A program made the position numbers and the translations under genes. Under the pieces are notes generated by a model. The model was not told the DNA's origin. It saw only the letters and a list, made by a program, of their open reading frames with translations, and did no database searches. Positions 12,536 to 25,392 of a DNA stretch of 64,000 nucleotides are shown in pieces (within the stretch, counting starts at the first letter, position 1; the number at the start of each line of letters is the position of its first letter). Origin of the DNA: Octopus vulgaris (Eukaryota); contig OX597836.1 in the NCBI GenBank assembly GCA_951406725.2, forward strand, positions 6,510,001 to 6,574,000. The letters are read 5' to 3'.

Positions 12536-13154
12536 AGCACAGACTCCGGTTACTGCTGTCTCGCCTACGAATCTTTCAGCAATGCGGATCTGAGTAACGC
12601 TGTTACTAAACAAACGGCGTACAAACCGAACACCCTGTGTTGAGTGCTACTTACTAATGCTTGTCAACCTACCCGCGTGTGTGTATGTGTGTGTACGAGT
12701 GTGTTCATGCGTGTATCATTACATATACGTGTGGTGTGTGTGTTTGTTTAATTACTTATACGAGCGTATTTGTACGGTACGTAGGTGTCCGTGTTTGTTA
12801 TGCTGTGTTACGTAACATTAGTACATCTGGCTTAGCTTCGACAGTATGAAGCAACCCGGATGAAACTTAACCTATTTCTGCAGAGCCAACCAGGGCTGCA
12901 GAATTGATGGGTTTGAGTTGGAACCAGGGTTCACCGAGCCGTATAATCTCCATAAAATAAACAGCTTTAGTTTTTACAGCATGGCTTTTCAGTTTTTGAC
13001 ACTTCTCGTGTATATATGTATGTATGTATGTATGTATATATATGTGTGTTTATATATATATATATATATATATATAAACATGCAGGCATGCATGTATGTG
13101 TATATATAAACATGTATGCATGCATGTATATATATACATGTATGCATGCATGTA

Positions 13155-13233
<79 letters not shown>

Positions 13234-13254
13234 GTGTATATATATATACATATA

Positions 13255-13322
<68 letters not shown>

Positions 13323-14005
13323 CATACATATATATATACATATATATATGCATACCTATCTATATACACACACATAGCACAGACTCCGGTTACTGCTGTC
13401 TCGCCTACGAATCTTTGAGCAATGCGGATTTTAGTAACGCTGTTACTAAACAAACACACGTACAAACCGAACACCCTGTGTTGAGTGCTACTTACTAATG
13501 CTTGTCAACCTACCCTCGTGTGTATGTTGTGTACGAGTGTGCACGAGTGTGTACGAGTGTGTACATGCGGGTATCATTACATATACGTGTGGTGTGTGTG
13601 TTTGTTTAATTACTTATACGAGCGTATTTGTACGGTACGTAGGTGTCCTTGTTTGTTATGCTATGTTACGTAACATTAGTACATCTGGCTTAGCTTCGAC
13701 AGTATGAAGCAACCCGGATGAAACTTAACCTATTTCTGCAGAGCCAACCAGGGCTGCAGAATTGATGGGTTTGAGTTGGAACCAGGGTTCACCGAGCCGT
13801 ATAATCTCCATAAAATAAACAGCTTTAGTTTTTACAGCATGGCTTTTCAGTTTTTGACACTTCTCGTGTATATATGTATGTATGTATATATATGTGTTTA
13901 TATAAATATGTAAACATGCAGGCATGCATGTATGTGTAAATATAAACATGTATGCATGTATATATATATACATGTATGCATGCATGTATGTGTGTATATA
14001 TATAG

Positions 14006-14044
<39 letters not shown>

Positions 14045-14149
14045 GTTTATATATATATATATATGTATGTATGCATGTATGTGTGTATATATATATGCAT
14101 GTATGTATATATATGTATATATATATATGTATGTACATATGTATGTATA

Positions 14150-14185
<36 letters not shown>
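12536..14185. repeat. Tandem duplication, about 840-860 bp unit, two copies
   Basis: Unique blocks 12536-13010 and 13376-13868 are nearly identical. The downstream microsatellite interruptions (AAACATGCAGGCATGCATG) are also duplicated. Confidence 0.95.
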
Positions 14186-14191
<6 letters not shown>

Positions 14192-14414
14192 TATCTATAT
14201 ATGTATATATATGTGTGTGTGTGTCTGTGTTTGCACGCGCGTTTTTATACATTTGTATATATGTATTTATATACCACCTATTTTTACACACACACACACA
14301 CACACACAGACTGACAGACAGATAGAGATAAACAGATAGATAAACTTGCACAAAGATATATAAATATATACATATTCGTTTCAAATTTTGGGACAAGGAC
14401 AGCAATTTCGGAGA

Positions 14415-14490
14415 AGCTCTACGGCCTTGTGGAAAGAGGTAAGGAGGCATCACATGTCCTTCATTGCTGACAACCCCTAAAACCATGTCA
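14415..14490 (-). mobile_element. maT/DD37D-like Tc1-mariner transposase fragment
   Basis: Peptide MVLGVVSNEGHVMPPYLFPQGRRA resembles the VMVxGxVSxxGxxMPxxFFxxG block of these transposases. Confidence 0.65.
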
Positions 14491-14673
14491 GTCGCAGAAG
14501 ACCGGTGATTGCTTGGGTTTAATCACGTCTGAATCAGACTTTGTCCTTGGGTTTAAACATCGATCTATATGTAGAAGGAACGTGTGATAGATCGTCAGAT
14601 AGACAGATAGATAGACAGATAGATAGACAGACTGACAGACAGATACATAGATACATACATACATACATACATG

Positions 14674-14766
<93 letters not shown>

Positions 14767-15646
14767 TAGTCCTAATATATTTAACATTCCCTGCACTAAT
14801 TAGGATAGAGCCATCTTAACCATTGTTTTGTTGGCGGATGATGTTCTGCAATATTCAATTTCTAAAACACATTTGTTTCCTGTTGCCTTTATTCTGCAAC
14901 GAAAGCGGCTAAAAGTGACTTCTTTTTTAAAAAAATATTTAATACGTGGAGCATTAAAAATACGAGGTCGGCTCAAAATGGGTTTGAACTCTTGAAATAT
15001 TGCGCCAATTCTGCCGATGCATCGTGCTCAAGATTGAAATATGTAGCAATGATTTTGTCCTTGAGTTTAATCAGGTCCGAATCAGACTTTGTTCTTGGAT
15101 TTAAACATCGATCTATATGTAGAAGATCCCTCGACCGCGAGTCCGCTGCTCTAACCACTTAAAACTATTTTGTTAGCCGGACAATGCTATTTGGGCTTAC
15201 CTGCCCAGGTATTCTTATCCTGTGGAGGCAAACCTGGCCTAGTGGTTAGTCCCTCGACCCACTAAAAGTAGTACGCAAGTGTCCCTCAAATCACACCAAC
15301 CCTTCTTTTCCAAAATAAAAGACAAGTTTGATAATGTATTGTAAAACTAAAATTCTTACTCTAATGCTTACATTAGGATGGCATCTGTTAAATTCAGCCA
15401 TCGGAAAGTCTATGAGCCCAAAACAGAAACGGTCTGGCTTATGAGATTCCACACAACTTCCGTCAACCAAATTTCTCCCCACGCGGTTATAAGTTGACTA
15501 TAGATATGATAGAAGACACTTGTCTAAGTTTCCGCACGGTGAGATTGAACCCGAGACCTCGTAGGTGTCAAGCGAACTTCTTAACCACACAGCTATGTCT
15601 ATGTCATTGACTCGTGATCTCTTCGAAAACCCTGAAAAAATAAATA

Positions 15647-15846
<200 letters not shown>

Positions 15847-15850
15847 TAAA

Positions 15851-16425
15851 TGCCCCGATGCAGTACATTATGCCCTGATGCAGTACCAGGCAGTGGCTCT
15901 CATGGCTTCTGATCTTAACTGATTGGAAGTGTTATCATGTACATTGTTTTGTCTTGGTATAAAAGATGGGCTACAGCAAATATTCTGCTCAATACCACAG
16001 ATTTGCTTGTCAGTTGTTTGACCGTAACCAGTTGAGCATGTCCCTTAGTGGCTGACGATATGCGCATCTCTGATCACGAGCAGAAGTAGTGGGGGAGCAT
16101 CATAGCCATGTGTTGAGAGGGATTCTTTGGGGTTTGAATAATTCTCCTTTGGAAACATGGGTGTTTTGTTCAACATCCTTAAACAACTCTTATTCAGGGA
16201 CCTTTTGAGCGGGATGGGTTACTCGACCAGAAGAAAATTCTAACTGGGCCCCACCTGCAAGGTCATGTGTTGTTTATCTTGATATGAGATCACCATGTCG
16301 CGCACATATGGTTGTGATGCATGTGCCTGGTGTACCCTTATCAGACGGGTAGTCATGATGGGTATACTGGGCTTCGTATATTTTACCCCGGTGCCACTTT
16401 GATGGCATGCAATGCTCTCTCACTC
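15851..16425 (+). mobile_element. About 560-bp interspersed repeat inserted in (AAT)n; probably a non-LTR 3' UTR or non-autonomous element
   Basis: Second copy at 58236-58748. Both end CTCTCTCA..CTC then AAT repeats. This copy has (AAT)n on both sides. Confidence 0.85.
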
Positions 16426-16438
16426 AATAATAATGATG

Positions 16439-16512
<74 letters not shown>

Positions 16513-17607
16513 CGGGATGGTCACATCAGAGCCACATCTGGAATATCTTTACTCATATAGACACGCCTATATACGGAAGAATTTTACGTCATAGCCACGT
16601 GGTTCTAATTTTTATCCCATGATGCAACACTTTGGGCGAGTGCTTGCAACTGTTGTCTGAGGTCAAGCAAAATCTTGTGAATGCAATTTGGCAAAAGGAA
16701 ACTAAGTGGGCGACTGATGGATTAGCTGAGAGCATGGGTGGCCTATTGGATAAAATAGCGGACATATAACGGAGAGGTCGAGGGTTCGTATTCGCTACAG
16801 GACAGAGCAACGTCAGTGACAATTAATTTACCATTTAATTCTCAAAGTGTCCCAGTCTACTTAGCTGTAAACAGGTACCAACTTCAATGACATCTGTTAT
16901 GAAAATTTGGACTCCAGAGAAATGCAACGGGGTGAACCAATTGTGTTATTTACCAATAAACACCTTGAGGTCTTCTGTGCTAGACAGAACCACCAGAAAA
17001 TAGATTTTGGTTGATGGTTTCATTTCTACCTGATTAGAGCTCGTCTGGAGACTAGACAACGACAACAATGGCAGAGTGCGGCGAACAAAAATACTCAGAT
17101 GCACCATTCTTGATAAATGCTTGAACAGTGAAGGCATGGTGCTCACCGGGCCAAACCGTGATGGCATCGTTTTAGCTTTTGCTTGTTTTAGTCACTGAAT
17201 TGCGGCCATGCAGGAGCATTGCCTTGCAGAGTATGGTCCTCAAGGGTTTATGATTTTTATGGTTTGTACTTATTCAGTTGGTATCCCTTGCCGACAGCGT
17301 TACATTAAGGGGACATAATGTAACAACAAACCCACACCGGTTGTCAAACAGTGGTGGGGACAAAGACAAAGGCATACATACACAGATACATACACAAATA
17401 CATACGCACATATATACATACACGTACTTACATACATACACACGTACATACATATACACAAATACATACATACATAGACGCAAACATACATGCACACACG
17501 CACATCAATAATAGGAAGATGAGTAAACAATAAGATGTCTGAGAATCTTCGGCTTTGAGAGTTGTTACCCAATTCTTTGATAGTTGTTACCCAATTCACC
17601 GTCTATA

Positions 17608-17770
17608 ACGGTGGTTCTCAACCGAGGCCATGTAGACTCTGAGGGTCCATATAAGATTTTTGGAGGTCCACACAGCAAAGTAGTAATCAAGTATCCACAG
17701 CAGTATTTTAAGGGTCTCTGAAAAAATGTTGCTTTAAACGTATGTAATGGTACGTATTGCAAGAAACGAA
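17608..17770 (+). mobile_element. hAT/Charlie-like MITE end
   Basis: CGGTGGTTCTCAACC resembles CAGTGGTTCTCAAC Charlie-type TIRs. Similar starts near 10433, 11031 and 35695. Confidence 0.5.
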
Positions 17771-17804
17771 TAAGTTTCTTTCCAGAACATTTTACATTAT
17801 TATT

Positions 17805-18232
17805 GCTTGACAAGGAGGTCCATCTTCTGGAATATTAACTTGAAATCCTTAGCGATGTTGTTGGGGGTTTCCCTTGTCTCTTACCTCGGGATATTTAGAA
17901 AGAATCCAAGTCTTTGCCTCTTTCAAAATCTGAACATAAACTCCTGTCAGTCTCTTAGCCATCTCAAACATGGTCAATGTCATATTCTTTCGATCAGAGG
18001 ACATGCAGGTGAACATCATCACTTTGGTAGGATTTTTGCATCTGAAAATGACAATTTTAGCTCTCTCGTGTGGGCCTGAAGCCAGAACTCGGCTGTTGCG
18101 TCTGTCTGTGTGCGTATCTTGGGTGAAATTTTTCTCATCTGTGTAAAAGATCCCTCCACGATATTGTTTCACCTCGTTCAAGACGATCTTTGCCCTTTCC
18201 AACTCCGCGTTTCGAAGGTAAGGACACGACAT
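17805..18232 (-). mobile_element. maT/DD37D-like Tc1-mariner transposase remnant
   Basis: ORF contains IFYTDEKNF (first catalytic D), RRNSRVLA, KNPTKVMMF..SSD and YVQIL, colinear with the catalytic domain. Confidence 0.85.
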
Positions 18233-18378
18233 GACTTAGTTAAAACAATCCTTCCCGCAAAGCAAATTAAATAAAATTTGGGATATTTTGCGGAGGGTTA
18301 AAGTTATAACAAAAACAGGACAGTAAAACAAGACAGTAAAACCAAACGGTGAGGGTTATTAAGCCATAACGAGGTAAA

Positions 18379-18427
<49 letters not shown>

Positions 18428-18450
18428 TTGAAGCACTCCTGTCACAACCT

Positions 18451-18494
18451 GGGACCTTGAAGACTGCTTTAATGCAAGAAAGTATACAGGTCCC
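18451..18494 (+). ncRNA. Degenerate minimal type I hammerhead ribozyme
   Basis: GGGACC-TTGAAGA-CTGC(TTTAAT)GCAA-GAAA-GTATAC-A-GGTCCC. Perfect 6-bp stem I and palindromic stem III region. C3 is changed and U16.1 appears lost. Lies just after (TA)n. Confidence 0.55.
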
Positions 18495-18693
18495 TTAATA
18501 TTTGATATTCAATATTTCATCTATTCAATAAGACAATCAATACTTAATTTCATTTTACTATATATATATTATTTATAATATATATTCTATATTCTACATT
18601 AATATTATAAAGAATATAAATAAAACATAAAAAACAGACAGAGTTGGAATTCCTTTGAATAATATATATATATATACAATCATACAAATCCCT

Positions 18694-18726
<33 letters not shown>

Positions 18727-18745
18727 TATGTATAGATAAATAAAT

Positions 18746-18783
<38 letters not shown>

Positions 18784-19185
18784 AGAGAGGGGTCGTGAGG
18801 GAAGGAGAAAAACATATTCCTTTATATAATCACTATCATCATCATCACCATCATCCTCGTATCACCACCACCACCACCACCACCATCACCACCACAACCA
18901 TCACATCCTGCTGAACAGCTATCAACCTTTTGCACAACTTATTTACATAGTTTTTCTCTTCCGTTCAAAACTTTTAACTGTCCACACCACCACCACCACC
19001 ACCACCACCACCACCACAACCACCACCACCACCACCACCACCACCACGACACCACCGCACCAACCCCACCGCTCCCCATTACACCACTACTATTCGCCAT
19101 AATCATGTTACCATATGTTGTTTGTGTTGCTATTGTTGTTGCTTTTTAACTTCGGCTCGGCCTACATTGAGCAAACCTATGGCCG

Positions 19186-19630
<445 letters not shown>

Positions 19631-20027
19631 GGCATCGTGTGTATAATGCACTCTGAGACTTATCATTTTTTTTTTTTTTTTTTGGTAATTCTTTGGTTAC
19701 ATGGAACAAGAGATGTTGATTTGCCCGAAATTTCTCCTCAGATAAAAACACAAATACCAATATCTGATTTTATAAATGAAAAAAAAAAACCAAAAAAAGA
19801 TGGGAAAGGATTTCCAACGAACGACGATACTGGGTCAGTAGAAGCTGCAGAATATGCGACTGAAAATCACTGTTCTTTGAACTTCTTAGCAGCAAAAAAT
19901 ATTGGTTTGTTTTTTTTTGTCCGTAGTTTTTGTAACAAATATGGAGGCAAATATGTGTCATTGTCATCGGTATCATCGTTTTGGTGTTAAATGGGACCAA
20001 TCAATGCACCAATCAATGCACCAATCA

Positions 20028-20812
20028 AGGCGGCGAGCTGGCAGAATCGTTAGCACGCCGGGCGAAATGCGTAGCCGTATTTCGTCTGCCGCTACGTTCT
20101 GAGTTCAAATTCGCCGAGGTCGAATTTGCCTTTCATCCTTTCGGGGTCGATTAAATAAGTACCAGTTACGCACTGGGGTCGACGTAATCGACTTAATCCC
20201 TTTGTCTGTCCTTGTTTGTCCCCTCTGTGTTTAGCCCCTTGTGGGTAGTAAAGAAATAGGTATTTCGTCTGCCGCTACGTCCTGAGTTCAAATTCCGCCG
20301 AGGTCGACTTTGCCTTTCATCCTTTCGGGGTCGATTAAATAAGTACCAGTTACGCACTGGGGTCGACGTAATCGACTTAATCCCTTTGTCTGTCCTTGTT
20401 TGTCCCCTCTGTGTTTAGCCCCTTGTGGGTAGTAAAGAAATAGGTATTTCGTCTGCCGCTACGTCCTGAGTTCAAATTCCGCCGAGGTCGACTTTGCCTT
20501 TCATCCTTTCGGGGTCGATTAAATAAGTACCAGTTACGCACTGGGGTCGATGTAATCGACTTAATCCGTTTGTCTGTCCTTGTTTGTCCCCTCTGTGTTT
20601 AGCCCCTTGTGGGTAGTAAAGAAATAGGTATTTCGTCTGCCGCTACGTCCTGAGTTCAAATTCCGCCGAGGTCGACTTTGCCTTTCATCCTTTCGGGGTC
20701 GATTAAATAAGTACCAGTTACGCACTGGGGTCGATGTAATCGACTTAATCCCTTTGTCTGTCCTTGTTTGTCCCCTCTGTGTTTAGCCCCTTGTGGGTAG
20801 TAAAGAAATAGG
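20028..20812 (+). mobile_element. SINE family B concatemer: one head plus four 183-184 bp units
   Basis: A-box TGGCAGAATCG occurs once. The TATTTCGTCTG unit start recurs at 20078, 20261, 20445 and 20629. Each unit has the B-box GAGTTCAAATTC and the GCCTTTCATCCTTTCGGGGTCGA..AGTACCAG core. Confidence 0.95.
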
Positions 20813-20894
20813 AGTTAAATGGGAATGAGCTTGTTGAGGCAAGGTTTCTGTGGCTGCATGCCCTTCCTGTCGCCAACCCTCACCTGGTGAATAT

Positions 20895-21200
20895 TTACTC
20901 ATTGTGTTCCTTCTCGAGACACGCCTGGCTCATAGGGCCGGTTTCCCGGTTTCCTCGGCGTACAGGTTCCCCACCTGGATGGGACGCTGGTCCGTCGCAG
21001 GTGAGCTGCAAAATGCAGGAGGAAAGAGTGAGAGAAAGTTGTGGCGAAAGAGTCAGAAGAAGTTCACCATTACCTTCAGCCGGAGCCGCGTGGAGCTTAG
21101 GTGTTTTTGCTCATACACACACACATCGCCCGATCTGAGATTCGAACCCTCGAGCCCTCGACCGCGAGTCCGCTGCTCTAACCACTAGTCCATGTACCCC
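20895..21200 (-). mobile_element. tRNA-derived SINE family C
   Basis: Minus strand starts TGGACTAGTGGTTAGAGCAGCGGACTCGCGGTCG..GGTTCGAATCTCAGA, like 40641-40850. Confidence 0.8.
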
Positions 21201-21334
21201 CACACAATATTTACTCTTGGCCAGACAAATTATATTGAACCCTAGCATGTAACTGGTATTTATTTTATCGAATCCCCGAAGGGGTGAAAGGTCAAGTCGA
21301 ACTTTGTTCAACATTTAATATTACCACGCAGAAA

Positions 21335-21530
21335 GGCGGCGAACTGGTAGAATCGTTACCGCGCCGGGAAAAATGCTAAGCGACATTTCGTACGTCTTCA
21401 CTTTCTGAGTCCAAAATTTTGCCGATGTCGACTTTGCTTTTCATCCTTTCAGGGTCGATAAAATAAATACCAGTTACGCACTGGGGACCAACGTAATCGA
21501 CTTAGCCTTTCCCGCGAAATTGAGTGCGTT
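21335..21530 (+). mobile_element. SINE family B
   Basis: GGCGGCGAACTGGTAGAATCG head plus family core. Confidence 0.85.
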
Positions 21531-21599
21531 TCGGAGATAGAGTTTAACGCAATAATGTGATGTGACAAACTGATTGATCGAAAATGGGTCAACTGACGC

Positions 21600-21905
21600 A
21601 TCAGGTTTGATGATAATATAGCCGAGTACACAATGTATTCCTTGCTCATTACCATTAGACTATGATTTCATTTCCTCAATAATTTTATCCGGACTGAAAT
21701 AATAGGTTGATATACGAAAGAATCGTTTGACAGTTTGGTCCAGCAGCACTTCCGTTGCTGAGTCACCAACAAAGAATTCTAATTGACGAAGACAATTGTT
21801 TTTTTTTTTACTCTCGCTGCAACTCTGACTTTCTTCAATGAAAATTGTTTCTTGAATGTTTTCGCAAATATCTTCTAGATTTTCTTTCCGAAGCACATTT
21901 AGAAG
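21600..21905 (-). mobile_element. Decayed hAT (Tip100/ZMYM1-like) transposase fragment
   Basis: Peptide KRFFRISTYYFSPDKIIEEMKS resembles the FRxxxYYxxLDxIIxELxxRF motif of hAT transposases. Confidence 0.5.
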
Positions 21906-21960
21906 GTGTATGTATGTATGTATGTATGTATGTATGTATGTATGTATGTATGTATGTATG

Positions 21961-21991
<31 letters not shown>

Positions 21992-22250
21992 TTATGTATG
22001 TATGTATGCATGTATGTATGTATGCATGTATGTATGTATGTATGTATGTATGTATGTATGTATGCATGTATGCATGTATGTATGTATGTATGTATGTATG
22101 TATGTGCATGTATGTATGTATGTATGTATGTATGTATGTATGTATGCATGTATGTATGTATGTATGTATGTATGTATGTATGTATGTATGTATGTTTGTA
22201 TGTATGTATGTATGTGTGTTTGTATGTATGTATGTATGTATGTATGTATG
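21906..22250. repeat. (TATG)n microsatellite
   Basis: Direct inspection; the repeat resumes at 22803-22880. Confidence 0.98.
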
Positions 22251-22802
22251 TCAGGTCACTTTCGAGTGCTACTGGTAACATGTAACCCAGTACAACCTGT
22301 TGCATGGTCGGGTCGTCGGCGACTAAACCGGCAACCCCACCAAGCTTGCTTGGTGAGGAGGGTGTTTATTGGACACCCTGCGGGATGAAAAACAAAACCC
22401 GTCAAAGGGCGGAGGAACTCTTGAGAGTCAACAGCCACCCAATAAATGTCTTAAGGCTGTATCATGCGCGGGGACATAGAAATAATCGGACTGAATACCT
22501 GATCGCGCGGTTAAACCATTGGGAGTGAAGGACTCCTAGCCTTTGTTAGGGCATCCTTCTAGGAGAAGGTAACTCAGGTAACTGGGTTAACTCCGATATA
22601 AAATCTGCGGCTCAGTGGTTACCGATGATGTTGACTTGCTCTTCTTTTCGGATTATGGCTGCTGTTGCTTAGTGAGTGGGATTGACTCAATGCACAGCCT
22701 TTCCTCACTTAAAAAAATATCTTCTTGCAGAGGCATTGCACGATAACAACATTGATTAAGCTTCGTGCAATGGCCATACTTGATAACGAGGGGGCAGCCA
22801 TC
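22251..22802 (+). mobile_element. Non-coding RTE-derived element (5' UTR-like) inserted in (TATG)n
   Basis: Contains GGGCATCCTTCTAGGAGAAGGTAACTC, resembling the GGCAACCAGTCTAGGAGAAGGAAAACTC motif I recall from RTE 5' UTRs. GC-rich, many hairpins, (TATG)n on both sides. Confidence 0.6.
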
Positions 22803-23369
22803 ATGTATGTATGTATGTATGTATGTATGTATGTATGTATGTATGTATGTATGTATGTATGTATGTATGTATGTATGTATTTATATGTGTGTGTCTTTAT
22901 TTTGGTCCCCGTCACCGCTGGACACCTGGTCTTGGTTTGTTTACGTCCCTTTAAGTAAGAGTTTCGGCAAAAGTGACCGATAGAATAATTACCAAACTTT
23001 AAAAAATAAGCACCGGACTGGATTTCTTCGATTAAACCTTTGAAACCGGTGCCCCAGCATGACCGCACTCCAATAAACGAAACAAATAAAAAGAATCCAT
23101 ACCAGGTGCCGCTCACTGCACATTGCAGATAACGTCTGTTATACGAGAACCTCGCAGTTGGTGAACCAATCTCGTTGTTTGATATCCAAGCTTTTCTGAA
23201 GATATCTCACGAGACATGTATTAAATTCTATTTCCTTTCCAGCTTATATCGTCTATCTATCACCATCGTATCAACAGATTATGAAGACGGTAGCCATATT
23301 AAAACTCTTTTTAGTGAGTTTAGCATCATAGATTAACCGTTCTACCTATTCGTGTACTAATCTCAACAT

Positions 23370-23770
23370 GGCGCAGGAGTGGCTGTGTGGTAAGTAGCTT
23401 GGTAACCAACCACATGGTTCTGGGTTCAGTCCCACTGCGTGGCATCTTGGGCAAGTGTCTTCTACTATAGCCTTGGGCCGAGCAATGCCTTGTGAGTGGA
23501 TTTGGTAGACGGAAACTGAAAGAAGCCTGTCGTATATATGTATATATATGTATGTGTGTGTTTGTGTGTCTGTGTCTGTGTTTGTCCCCCTAGCATTGCT
23601 TGACAACCGATGCTGGTGTGTTTACGTCCCCGTAACGTAGCGGTTCGGCAAAAGAGACAGATAGAATAAGTACTGGGCTTACAAAGAATAAGTCTCGGGG
23701 TCGATTTGTTCGACTAAAGGCGGTGCTCCAGCATGGCCGCAGTCAAATGACTGAAACAAGTAAAAGAGAG
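23370..23770 (+). mobile_element. SINE family A, full-length copy
   Basis: Nearly identical to 4631-5020. Confidence 0.92.
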
Positions 23771-23972
23771 TATGGTTTTGAGAAAAGCTGTCAGTTATAC
23801 TAGAACACGGATACCTGAAACTGTCTGCTGTTTTTAGTGAAAAGCGGTTAATAGGAAGGGAACGAAGGAAAGGTGCAGCCCGGGTCATGCTATTATTTTT
23901 CTCATTATGCAGATGGTTAGGTCAAAGTGTGCAGGCGTTGGAGCCCAGAACCAGTGTATACATAGACATACA

Positions 23973-24038
<66 letters not shown>

Positions 24039-24129
24039 CAAAACAATTTAGATTCAAATGAATATGGTACTTAACTTAGATGCATCAGAATATTTTTATG
24101 GTATTACCCATAAAATTATGTGGGGTGAT

Positions 24130-24184
24130 TATAACCAAAAAATAAGCAACAAGAATGGATCCATTCTTGTTGTTTATTTTTTGG

Positions 24185-24189
<5 letters not shown>
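24130..24189. repeat. 60-bp spacer-less palindrome
   Basis: 30-bp arms with one mismatch, centred on GGATCC and abutting (TA)n. Confidence 0.95.
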
Positions 24190-24246
<57 letters not shown>

Positions 24247-24328
24247 ATATATATATGCATATATACATAGATATATACATATACATATATATATAAGCAC
24301 ACATACATACACACTCACACACACACAC

Positions 24329-24363
<35 letters not shown>

Positions 24364-24378
24364 CATATATACACATAT

Positions 24379-24411
<33 letters not shown>

Positions 24412-25004
24412 CATACATACATACATTAATATATACATACATACATACACACACACATACACATATATATGCATGTATGTATATATACATCCATACATGC
24501 ATGCATACGTACATACATACATAAATACATACATACATACATACATACAGATGCACACATGCGCTCGCGCACACACACAAACATGTGTGTGTGTGTGTAT
24601 GTGTGTATGTGTGTGTGTGTGTGTATGTGTGTATGTGTGTGTGTGTGTGTGTGTGTAACATCAAAACCCACATCCCCAAATTACCAACATCAATAACAGT
24701 CTGCGCCGCCGCCACCGTCGCTGTCACTGCTACCAACAACAACACCACCACCACTATTACCCCCCTCCCCATCATCACAACCCTCACCGCTACCATAACA
24801 ACAACAACAACACCGACATGAATATCGTTGTTCTTGCTGTCATCTATGAGTCAGACACCAGCATCCCACTCAATGCCGTCTTAACTTCGTCAATTTCATT
24901 TCAACTGTTGCCATTCCGTAACCAAAAACTCGGATCTAATTACAAAACATGTATTGAGTTTAATTCTTTCTGGAACCGTCCAACGAGTGCAAAACATATT
25001 CTTT

Positions 25005-25392
25005 TATTCTTTTGCTAGTCTTATTCATTTGACTGCAGCCATGCTGGAGCACTGCCTTGAAAAGCTTTTCAGTCGAACAAATCGACCCCGAGGCTTGTTT
25101 TTTCAAGCCCAGCACTTATCTTATCGGTCTCTTTTGCCGAACCGTAATTTAGGGGGATGTAAACACACCAATAACGGTTATCAATAGCGGTGGATGATGG
25201 GTGGGACCAAACATAGACACAAACACACACACACATACAACGGACTTCTTTCAGTTTCCGTCTACCAAATCCACTCACAAGGCTTTGGTCAGCCAGGGGC
25301 TCTAGTAGAAGACACTTGCCCAAGGTGCCACGCAGAGGGACTGAACCCGGAACCATGTGGTTGGGACGTAAACTTCTTACCACACAGCCACA
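25005..25392 (-). mobile_element. SINE family A
   Basis: Reverse complement of family A. A + strand head follows at 25700-25865. Confidence 0.88.

Noticed and set aside
20078-20812. Regular repeat array as CRISPR
   Set aside because: The units are whole 184-bp SINE bodies with no unique spacers, in a eukaryotic context.
23190-23226. CTGAAGA...GAGA-CATG-TA as a hammerhead
   Set aside because: Stems I and II do not pair and GAAA is altered.
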